A DNA stretch of 24,000 nt from Moritella sp. 5 (GTDB taxonomy: Bacteria > Pseudomonadota > Gammaproteobacteria > Enterobacterales > Moritellaceae). Positions 15,442 through 23,132 of this stretch are shown in pieces (the first letter of the stretch is position 1; the number at the start of each line of letters is the position of its first letter). Below the pieces are notes generated by a model that made no database searches, was not told where the DNA came from, and worked only from the letters and a program-made list of their open reading frames with translations. The position numbers and the translations under genes are program-made. Location of the stretch: the NCBI RefSeq assembly GCF_018219455.1, contig NZ_CP056122.1, positions 3,814,065 through 3,838,064 of the forward strand, written 5' to 3'.

Positions 15442-17997
15442 TTAAGCTGGCTGTAACGCTTCGCTAATTTCTACCTTTTCAGTTGCAGTGAGTCCATCAC
15501 TTGGTAAAAACTCTTTACCCCAACCCAAACCTGCAATTTCTTCTTCGATCATAGCTGCAATCTCAGCTTTATCATAACCAACGCCAGCTAAAACCTCTTG
15601 TGTAGAATGACCAAACCTCTCAGTTGGAGTAACAGATTTAATAAATGCTTCTACTGGTCGAATAGCATAATGATCAACTTGTGTTAATTTGTGGCCACTA
15701 GGGTGATTTGGATAGATAGAAAAAGCATAGCTTCCCCTGTCTATCCCTGCTGTCCCATTAATTTCACGACTGTATTGTTTACGTAAATCTTCAATGTTAC
15801 GGGGGATGACGGCTGCAATATCAATCTGGTGTAGCGCATCGATCCATGTTTGAGATTTTTTGGTTACCAAAATGCTTGTTAAAAATACTTTTTTATCTTG
15901 AGCATCAGTCAGTTTTTCTAAACCTGAGATAGTGGCTAATTTATCTTGCTCTTGCATGTTAGAGTCAATGAAAATCCAACCGTCTAGGGTCTTATAGAAG
16001 TGTGACAAAGCATTATTCCCAAGTGCATCACGACCAGACGGTTCATTAAATGGTGCTCGGCCTTCATAATCAAAAGCAAATGGGAGTTGCGCTAAATTTG
16101 TTACAGCTGAAAGCGATGTTCTTGCACGGCTTACTTCACCAGTACGTTGTAAATGGAATAACGATGTTGCCATCGCTAAACCGCCAGCGAAACCACAATT
16201 AACATCGAGAGTACCCAGATGAGCATGTTCTTCTGGCGTTGCTATTCCACCAAATCTGCTCATGATGCCACTGTTAGCTTGGATAATATCATCGTAACCA
16301 ATATAGTTTGTTTTAGGGCCTTCCAATGGACCACCTAAACAATCTAAACGGCAGAACAATATTTTTGGGTTAATAGCTAATAGGCTTTCTGAATCTAGGC
16401 CTAAATGTACCATTTGTCTGCTTGGCGCATTAATTAAAACAATATCACTTTCTTGTACTAAACGATTGAATACTTCACGACCTTTATTTGACATTATATC
16501 TATTAACGCGCTCTTTTTACCCATATTAGTTAGGAAAGTAAAAAACGTACCGATCAGTGGGTCATACATAGGAGAGACAGTATCAATTTTTGTTACTTCT
16601 GCGCCAAAACGTGTGAGTAATGCCGCAGCATGTGGTCCTGCAATAACGTTTGTTAAATCAAGGATTTTAATACCGTCTAACCAACCTTTATGACTAACAA
16701 TTGTTGAAGCTTCGGGTAAGTTACGCGCAGCTTCGTTGACTGATAATAAACCTAAAGCACGTGCAACGGTCACATTCATACGTGCTGTCGGTGTGACCAT
16801 ATCTGTTGCACATTCTTCTAACCATGCAATTGGGCCTGGCTGTTTCATTAAACCATACTGTGAGTCTTCAACTTTAACAATAAGACCTGATTTTTCACAA
16901 TGTTCACTGTTTACCCATTCTTGCGTGGTACGATGTGGTGCACCTGGAATCTTTCCTTCACCAAAAATCCCCCCCCATTCTTCGGATGTCTTTGTAAGGA
17001 ATGCCACTTTCATTTTTGTTGATATAATATCGGCCCATTTTTTAGGGAGTGGATAAACACCGATTGATGTTTCTCCATCCCATTCATTTGTTGGTAAATG
17101 TAGATTTTCAACTTCAGGTAAACCATCACTAATAAGTTCTTCATAAATGCCTAATGCCTTTAATGCACGTTTTGCATGATTTCGATGTGATGGGCAAACG
17201 CAATAAAACATGCGGCCATCTGCACATAAATATGTACGGTAAAATGGGTCTAAGTACTCTTGAAGGTCCTCGTAACTTAAATCCATTTCGATATTGTTTG
17301 CTTGACGATATTCAATTTCATGATCACGCATTGTTTTATAACGATTTGGTAAATTTTCAACAACATAAGAATTATATGATAAGCCTTCCATTAGCGCTGC
17401 AACAATTGGCACCTCTATATGATCTCCTCGGCCGCTTTTTTCTCTGGCATAAAGCGCCAAAATAACAGCGCTTGCGGCAAGTACGGTTGCGTATGAAGAA
17501 CCTAATGGCAATGGAGAAAAACTTGGATTTAAACCCATCAAGACTCGGTTATACCCCATATCACTAAACGCACCGGATGCAGCTGAAACGATTGCTTCCG
17601 TTGCTTTCCAACCACGACGCAGTTCATCATTACTTGCAAATCCAGGTATCGATAATGTAACCAACGCAGGGTTTTCCTGACGTAGAATTTCAAAATCAAT
17701 TCCTAACTTCTTCATTACACCTGGACGAAAGCTTTCGAGTACAACATCTGCTTTGGCGATTAGAGCCAGTGCTTCTTTACGTTGAGTTGGATCTTTCAAG
17801 TCTAAACGAAGACAACTCTTATTACGGTTCAATATGGCGTTAGCAGGGTGGTCCCAAAGTGGACCTGTCGGTGGGTCAATGTGAATAACAGTTGCGCCTA
17901 AGTCGGCAAGAATCATTGCTGCACCGGGGCCAGCTATTTGCTGACCAAAATCGATAATAGAAATACCTTTAAGTGGTAATTGAATTTGAGTTGTCAT
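15442..17997 (-). CDS. dddD: DMSP CoA-transferase/lyase DddD: two tandem class III (CaiB/BaiF) CoA-transferase domains in one 851-aa polypeptide
   Basis: The N-domain begins LKGISIIDFGQQIAGPGAAMILADLGATVIHID. The second domain begins at about residue 440, LDGIKILDLTNVIAGPHAAALLTRFGAEVTKID. Both are canonical family III N-terminal motifs. The size, two-domain architecture and synteny match the characterised Marinomonas dddD locus: divergent BCCT, Fe-ADH and MMSDH-like genes plus a LysR gene. Confidence 0.85.
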   Translation of the reverse strand: MTTQIQLPLKGISIIDFGQQIAGPGAAMILADLGATVIHIDPPTGPLWDHPANAILNRNKSCLRLDLKDPTQRKEALALIAKADVVLESFRPGVMKKLGIDFEILRQENPALVTLSIPGFASNDELRRGWKATEAIVSAASGAFSDMGYNRVLMGLNPSFSPLPLGSSYATVLAASAVILALYAREKSGRGDHIEVPIVAALMEGLSYNSYVVENLPNRYKTMRDHEIEYRQANNIEMDLSYEDLQEYLDPFYRTYLCADGRMFYCVCPSHRNHAKRALKALGIYEELISDGLPEVENLHLPTNEWDGETSIGVYPLPKKWADIISTKMKVAFLTKTSEEWGGIFGEGKIPGAPHRTTQEWVNSEHCEKSGLIVKVEDSQYGLMKQPGPIAWLEECATDMVTPTARMNVTVARALGLLSVNEAARNLPEASTIVSHKGWLDGIKILDLTNVIAGPHAAALLTRFGAEVTKIDTVSPMYDPLIGTFFTFLTNMGKKSALIDIMSNKGREVFNRLVQESDIVLINAPSRQMVHLGLDSESLLAINPKILFCRLDCLGGPLEGPKTNYIGYDDIIQANSGIMSRFGGIATPEEHAHLGTLDVNCGFAGGLAMATSLFHLQRTGEVSRARTSLSAVTNLAQLPFAFDYEGRAPFNEPSGRDALGNNALSHFYKTLDGWIFIDSNMQEQDKLATISGLEKLTDAQDKKVFLTSILVTKKSQTWIDALHQIDIAAVIPRNIEDLRKQYSREINGTAGIDRGSYAFSIYPNHPSGHKLTQVDHYAIRPVEAFIKSVTPTERFGHSTQEVLAGVGYDKAEIAAMIEEEIAGLGWGKEFLPSDGLTATEKVEISEALQPA

Positions 17998-18477
17998 GAT
18001 TAGATTCCAATTATATGAATTTCGATTTTATGATGTAAATTATTAATATCGTGTTCTTTCAAACGGATACTATTAGCAAAATAAAAATCAGACCAGCAAC
18101 AAAAATTTAACCTTAGATGTGTTTTTTTTTATGGCTAAAAATAAAGTGACAAGTCTCATATTCTTACTTGTAAATCTTTGACATTTTTCTTAAAACAATA
18201 AAGTACCACCTACGAGGTATCATTAAGTGTCTGTTTTATAACTATAAAAAAACTATGGCCATAGAGGTGATTTAAATTACTTTTCAATCACAGGTAACTG
18301 CTTAACAATGCAAACACTGAATTTATGACCTGCAATTAAGTTTCAGCATCACTTTATTAACATTTATGACAGGGGTTTCATTGTTGTAAATTACGTATTA
18401 AAAGCCGAAATACAATACGGTGATATATGACATTGTTGGTAGGTAATAATATTGATACATAATCTAAGGAGCTGTTT
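17998..18477. promoter_or_regulatory. 480-bp AT-rich divergent control region between dddD and dddT
   Basis: No credible ORF is present. Repeated elements: ATTTATGAC at 18321-18329 and 18362-18370, with the related ATATATGAC at 18423-18431 and TTTTATGAT at 18026-18034; GTAAATTA at about 18035 and about 18386; and the perfect palindrome CTATGGCCATAG at 18253-18264. It is the expected location of the DddR-dependent promoters. Confidence 0.5.
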
Positions 18478-20037
18478 GTGAGTCATCAAAATATGATCGC
18501 GAAGGAAGGATTTTTTAAAGGTTCAAATCCAGTCATGATGATTGGATCAGGGCTATTAATTTTATTTTTTATTATTTTTACAATTGTTGGTGGAGATTTT
18601 GCCAATACCATTTATAACAATTCAAAACAATTTATTACAGATAATTTAAGCTGGTATTACATTGGTTTAATGAGCATATTTTTATTTATCTCAATCTGGT
18701 TGATTTTCAGTCGCTTTGGTAAAGTACGCTTAGGCAAAGAGACTGATAGACCTGAATACAGTGATTTCGCTTGGTTTTCGATGCTATTCAGTGCTGGTAT
18801 CGCCATTGGTATTCTATTCTGGAGTATCGCAGAACCTATATATCACTACCAATCAAACCCCTTTGTCAGTGCCGCGATAGACCCTGAAGGTGCAAAACAA
18901 GTTGCGATGCGAGTGACGATTTTCCATTGGGGATTACATGGCTGGGCTATATTCGCTCTTATTGGCTTAGCCTTATCTTATTTTTCGTATAATAAAGGAC
19001 TACCACTGACGATACGTTCAGCATTGTATCCGATATTTGGTGAAAAAATTTATGGCCCAATAGGCCACACAGCAGATTATCTAGCCGTGTTTGGCACTGT
19101 ATTTGGTATTGCAACATCGCTTGGCCTTGGCGCTCAACAAATAAATGCGGGTATGAGCTATTTACTTGGTTTTGAAGTATCGACAGTCAATCAAATCATC
19201 ATTATCGCCATTGTGTCAGTAGTCGCTATCGGCTCGGTATTACTCGGTGTTGATAAAGGTATTAAAGTCATTAGTACCATCAACATGAAGCTGACGATTG
19301 TCATCCTGGTATTATTTTTGATACTCGGACCGACGGTTTATATTTTAAGTGAATTTGTACTTAATTTTGGTGATTATTTAACAAATGTTGTCGGACTTGG
19401 TTTTTGGGTTAACACTAATCCAGATGACTCTTGGCAAGGTGATTGGACAATTTTCTATTGGGGTTGGTGGTTATCTTGGGCACCATTTGTTGGTGTATTT
19501 ATCGCTCGTATCTCAAAAGGACGTACGATTAGGGAGTTTGTGGCGGGAGTTTTAGTTGCACCAACAATAATGGGCGCGTTCTGGATCACCACATTTGGCT
19601 CTACTGCATTTTATTTAGAACAAGCAGGTGCTGGCATTATCGATGCGGTAAACACTGACATGACGATGGCCTTGTTTAAAACAATTGAAGCCATGGATGC
19701 AGGCTCAATAATTACCATCTTAATGGCTGTCATTTGTGTCGTCATGCTTGTGACCTATTTTGTCACTTCAGCAGACTCTGCGACATTAGTTATTTGTTCA
19801 CTGGTGTGCATGGGTGAAAAAAATCCATTACCAAGATACCGCATTTTCTGGGGCTGTGCGATAGGCGCATCTGCAGCAGTGCTGCTACTTGCTGGAGGCT
19901 TAAAGACATTGCAAACCGCATCAGTATTGGCCGCACTACCATTTTCGTTCGTTATTATACTTTCTGTTATAGGCTTAATCCGTGCATTACATGAGGATTA
20001 TCCAACTGAATCAGCAACACTTGCCGAGCTAAAGTAA
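18478..20037 (+). CDS. dddT: BCCT-family (betaine/carnitine/choline-type) transporter, DMSP importer DddT-like
   Basis: BCCT signature WTIFYWGWWLSWAPFVGVFIARISKGRTIREF within a polytopic membrane protein. GTG start with AAGGAG 6 nt upstream. It is the first gene of the unit divergent from dddD. Confidence 0.85.
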   Translation: MSHQNMIAKEGFFKGSNPVMMIGSGLLILFFIIFTIVGGDFANTIYNNSKQFITDNLSWYYIGLMSIFLFISIWLIFSRFGKVRLGKETDRPEYSDFAWFSMLFSAGIAIGILFWSIAEPIYHYQSNPFVSAAIDPEGAKQVAMRVTIFHWGLHGWAIFALIGLALSYFSYNKGLPLTIRSALYPIFGEKIYGPIGHTADYLAVFGTVFGIATSLGLGAQQINAGMSYLLGFEVSTVNQIIIIAIVSVVAIGSVLLGVDKGIKVISTINMKLTIVILVLFLILGPTVYILSEFVLNFGDYLTNVVGLGFWVNTNPDDSWQGDWTIFYWGWWLSWAPFVGVFIARISKGRTIREFVAGVLVAPTIMGAFWITTFGSTAFYLEQAGAGIIDAVNTDMTMALFKTIEAMDAGSIITILMAVICVVMLVTYFVTSADSATLVICSLVCMGEKNPLPRYRIFWGCAIGASAAVLLLAGGLKTLQTASVLAALPFSFVIILSVIGLIRALHEDYPTESATLAELK

Positions 20038-20052
20038 TAACAATCAAATAGC

Positions 20053-20073
20053 GAGGGGTTATTGGTTCCCCTC
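20053..20073 (+). other. Short intercistronic hairpin GAGGGG-n9-CCCCTC between dddT and dddB
   Basis: A 6-bp G/C stem was read directly. It sits 15 nt after the dddT stop and is followed by tatattataaat. Confidence 0.35.
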
Positions 20074-20097
20074 TATATTATAAATAGGAAGATAGTC

Positions 20098-21261
20098 ATG
20101 TCATCACAAGTAATATTACCACGCATAATGCAAATTGGCGCTGGTGCAAGTAAAGATATAGTGAACGTTTTAAATAACTTGGGCGTATCGAAACCCTTGA
20201 TAATTACAGATAAAATGATGGTCAAATTAGGTTATGCAGCTCAAATCCAAAATGCATTAGCATTATCAAATTTAGCCGCTGAAATCTTTGATGATACAGT
20301 CCCAGAACCGACTGTCGCTTCGATTCAAAATGGTATCAATAAAGCTAAAAGTGGTGATTTTGATTGCTTAATCGCACTGGGTGGTGGCAGTCCGATTGAT
20401 AGCGCGAAAGCAATCTCTGTTTTGTCACAATTTGGTGGTGAAATGCGTGATTATAAAGTACCGAGGGTTGTTAGCGAGCAAGGATTACCCCTAATTGCAA
20501 TTCCAACGACCGCTGGCACTGGTACTGAATGTACATGTTTCACGATTATAACCGATGAAAAGAATGATGAAAAAATGTTATGCGCAGGCGTTGGTTTCAT
20601 GCCTGTTGCAGCATTGGTTGATTTTGAGTTAACCCTCTCATTACCAGCCCGAATTACCGCGGATACCGGCATTGACGCATTAACGCATGCGATCGAAGCT
20701 TATGTAAGTAGAAAATCGAATACGTTTAGTGACTCACAAGCTATCTCAGCGATGAAGCTCATCGCGCCAAATTTACGTAAAACATATCATGACGGTAATG
20801 ATAAAACGGCACGTGAAAACATTATGTTAGGCTCTACACTTGCAGGTATGGCATTTTCAAACGCTTCAGTTGCACTTGTACATGGCATGAGTCGACCCAT
20901 TGGTGCCGCATTTCATGTGCCGCACGGTTTATCCAACGCGATGTTATTACCGGCAGTTACTGCTTTTTCTATTCCAGCAGCACCTGAACGTTATGCTGAT
21001 TGCGCTAAAGCCATCGGGATTGCAAATGAAAGTGATTCAACTGATGTAGCCAATGGCAAGTTGATTGTAGAACTTAAGGCTCTAAATGTTGAGCTTAACG
21101 TACCAACACCAGCTGAGTTTGGTATTGAGGGCGCTAAGTACTTTGATTTACTGCCTACAATGGCAAAACAAGCATTAGCGTCAGGCTCACCAAATAACAA
21201 TCCTCGGGTTCCAAGCATTGACGAAATGATTGCGATATATAAAGAGATTTGGGTTGATTAA
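20098..21261 (+). CDS. dddB: Iron-containing (group III) alcohol dehydrogenase, DddB-like (3-hydroxypropionate to malonate semialdehyde)
   Basis: Fe-ADH motifs are present: GGGSPIDSAKA, IPTTAGTGTE, DALTHAIEAY, HGMSRPIG...HVPHG. The start was re-placed on the ATG at 20098 (MSSQVILP...), with AGGAAG 6 nt upstream. The track's TTG at 20062 adds 12 residues. The gene's position matches that in the ddd operon. Confidence 0.85.
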   Translation: MSSQVILPRIMQIGAGASKDIVNVLNNLGVSKPLIITDKMMVKLGYAAQIQNALALSNLAAEIFDDTVPEPTVASIQNGINKAKSGDFDCLIALGGGSPIDSAKAISVLSQFGGEMRDYKVPRVVSEQGLPLIAIPTTAGTGTECTCFTIITDEKNDEKMLCAGVGFMPVAALVDFELTLSLPARITADTGIDALTHAIEAYVSRKSNTFSDSQAISAMKLIAPNLRKTYHDGNDKTARENIMLGSTLAGMAFSNASVALVHGMSRPIGAAFHVPHGLSNAMLLPAVTAFSIPAAPERYADCAKAIGIANESDSTDVANGKLIVELKALNVELNVPTPAEFGIEGAKYFDLLPTMAKQALASGSPNNNPRVPSIDEMIAIYKEIWVD

Positions 21262-21304
21262 CTACCCAACTTTTACATGTAGCATTTTATATTAATTTAA
21301 ATAT

Positions 21305-21318
21305 AGCGAATATTCGCT
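21305..21318. repeat. Perfect 14-bp palindrome AGCGAATATTCGCT in the dddB-dddC spacer, 21 nt upstream of the dddC ATG
   Basis: Read directly. It could be a small RNA hairpin or a dimeric-regulator site. Confidence 0.8.
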
Positions 21319-21339
21319 TATCAAAAGGGAAGATCTCTC

Positions 21340-22881
21340 ATGAGTGAAGTAGTAATGGATAAATCTCAAGCGACAATCACAGAATTAACAACTATTGGTC
21401 AGCTGATTGACGGTGAAATGATTATTGATGGTGAACGTAGTCAGCCTATCTTCAACCCATCGACAGGTAAGTCAGAAAAGAATATTGATCTTGCCAGTGT
21501 TGCAACTGTTGAAGCTGCGATTACAAGTGCTCAAGCGGCATTCCCTGCATGGCGTAATACGGCACCTATTAAGCGTGCTCGTGTTATGTTTAAATTTAAA
21601 GAATTATTGGAACAGAATGCAGAAAAAATCTGCGAACTTATCGGCCAAGAACACGGTAAGATCTCTCATGATGCGATGGGTGAATTACAACGTGGTATTG
21701 AGAATGTGGAATACGCATGTGGTGCGCCAGAACTACTAAAAGGTGAATTTAGTAAAAATGTAGGACCAAGTATCGATTCCTGGAGCGAATTTCAACCACT
21801 TGGTGTGGTAACGGGTATTACACCATTTAACTTTCCTGTGATGGTACCTTGCTGGATGTTTCCAATGGCGATCGTGTGTGGTAACACATTCATTCTTAAG
21901 CCATCTGAACGCGACCCGAGCGCAACACTATTCATTGCTCAGTTACTACAAGACGCGGGTTTACCAAAAGGCGTACTTAACGTCATTAATGGTGATAAAA
22001 CCGCGGTTAATACACTATTAACAGATAAGCGTGTTCAAGCCGTTAGCTTTGTAGGCTCAACACCGATTGCGGAATATATTTATTCTACAGCAGCTGCTAA
22101 TGGTAAACGTTGTCAAGCACTTGGTGGTGCTAAAAACCACGCCATCATTATGCCAGATGCTGACATGGACAACGCTGTAAATCAGCTTGTTGGCGCTGCA
22201 TTTGGTTCATCTGGCGAACGCTGTATGGCATTATCTGTTGCTGTTGCTGTGGGCGACACAGCTGGTGACTTGTTGGTTGAAAAAATGACGATTGCAATGC
22301 AAGACTTAAAGGTAGGTCCATATAGCAATCCAAAAAATGATTTTGGTCCTGTTATTACAAAAGCACATCAAGAAAAAGTAAATGCGTATATTGATAGTGC
22401 AGAAAAAGATGGCGCCACGATTGTTGTTGATGGTCGTAATCCTGAAGTGGTTGGATATGAAGACGGCTTTTATGTTGGCGGTACATTAATTGATAACGTA
22501 ACAACAGATATGTTGAGCTACAGAGACGAGATATTTGGCCCTGTACTACAAGTTATTCGTGTTAATACAATGCAAGAAGCAATGGCGTTAATCGATGCAC
22601 ATGAATATGGTAATGGTACCTGTATCTTCACGCGTGATGGCGAAGCTGCACGTTACTTCTCTGATCATATTCAAGTTGGAATGGTCGGTATAAACGTACC
22701 GTTACCAGTGCCTGTTGCATATCACAGCTTTGGTGGTTGGAAACGTTCATTGTTTGGCGATTTACATGCCTATGGTCCAGATGGCGTTCGTTTTTATACA
22801 AAACGTAAAACAATTACCCAACGCTGGCCCTCTGCAAGTCTGCGTGAAAATGTTGAATTTGCAATGCCTACATTAAAATAA
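21340..22881 (+). CDS. dddC: CoA-acylating methylmalonate/malonate-semialdehyde dehydrogenase, DddC/MmsA-like
   Basis: ALDH superfamily member with MMSDH hallmarks: FNFPVMVPCWMFPMAIVCGNTFILKPSE, ALGGAKNH (in place of the usual ELGGK), and the catalytic Cys in GERCMA. An alternative start at Met6 (21355) is possible. Confidence 0.88.
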   Translation: MSEVVMDKSQATITELTTIGQLIDGEMIIDGERSQPIFNPSTGKSEKNIDLASVATVEAAITSAQAAFPAWRNTAPIKRARVMFKFKELLEQNAEKICELIGQEHGKISHDAMGELQRGIENVEYACGAPELLKGEFSKNVGPSIDSWSEFQPLGVVTGITPFNFPVMVPCWMFPMAIVCGNTFILKPSERDPSATLFIAQLLQDAGLPKGVLNVINGDKTAVNTLLTDKRVQAVSFVGSTPIAEYIYSTAAANGKRCQALGGAKNHAIIMPDADMDNAVNQLVGAAFGSSGERCMALSVAVAVGDTAGDLLVEKMTIAMQDLKVGPYSNPKNDFGPVITKAHQEKVNAYIDSAEKDGATIVVDGRNPEVVGYEDGFYVGGTLIDNVTTDMLSYRDEIFGPVLQVIRVNTMQEAMALIDAHEYGNGTCIFTRDGEAARYFSDHIQVGMVGINVPLPVPVAYHSFGGWKRSLFGDLHAYGPDGVRFYTKRKTITQRWPSASLRENVEFAMPTLK

Positions 22882-22911
22882 AGAAAATAATAAGCTAGAG
22901 TGTATTTATTT

Positions 22912-22949
22912 TTGTCTGTAGCCGCAAAAAAGTTTAGCGCTACAGACAA
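22912..22949 (+). terminator. Hairpin TTGTCTGTAGC...GCTACAGACAA downstream of dddC; probable terminator
   Basis: An 11-bp stem (plus 2 bp after a bulge) sits 31 nt after the stop. It is followed by cttatttg, a weak U-tract. Confidence 0.55.
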
Positions 22950-23056
22950 CTTATTTGAACAATAAAGATATATCTTAACCCATTAACATATATAACTTTT
23001 TATTTTTACTCCGAATTTAATTAAGTATAAGCATGCTCTTAATATAAGTTTTTTAT

Positions 23057-23068
23057 CTTAGATCTAAG
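23057..23068. promoter_or_regulatory. Perfect 12-bp palindrome CTTAGATCTAAG upstream of dddR; possible autoregulatory site
   Basis: Read directly. It lies 65-76 bp upstream of the dddR ATG. LysR regulators commonly autoregulate through dyads in this position. No direct evidence supports this here. Confidence 0.3.
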
Positions 23069-23132
23069 TCTAATAAAAGTTAATTTTAGCATGATAACAT
23101 TCACGACAATGTGTCTCATACATGGTTCTAAA

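Noticed and set aside
18427-18462. Tiny upstream ORFs in the dddT leader: ATGACATTGTTGGTAGGTAATAATATTGATACATAA (11 aa) and ATGACAGGGGTTTCATTGTTGTAA (7 aa, at 18365).
   Set aside because: They have no convincing SD and no attenuator-like alternative hairpins. The shared ATGACA/TTGTTG strings are more simply explained as repeated DNA-binding or promoter-like (-35 TTGACA-like) elements.
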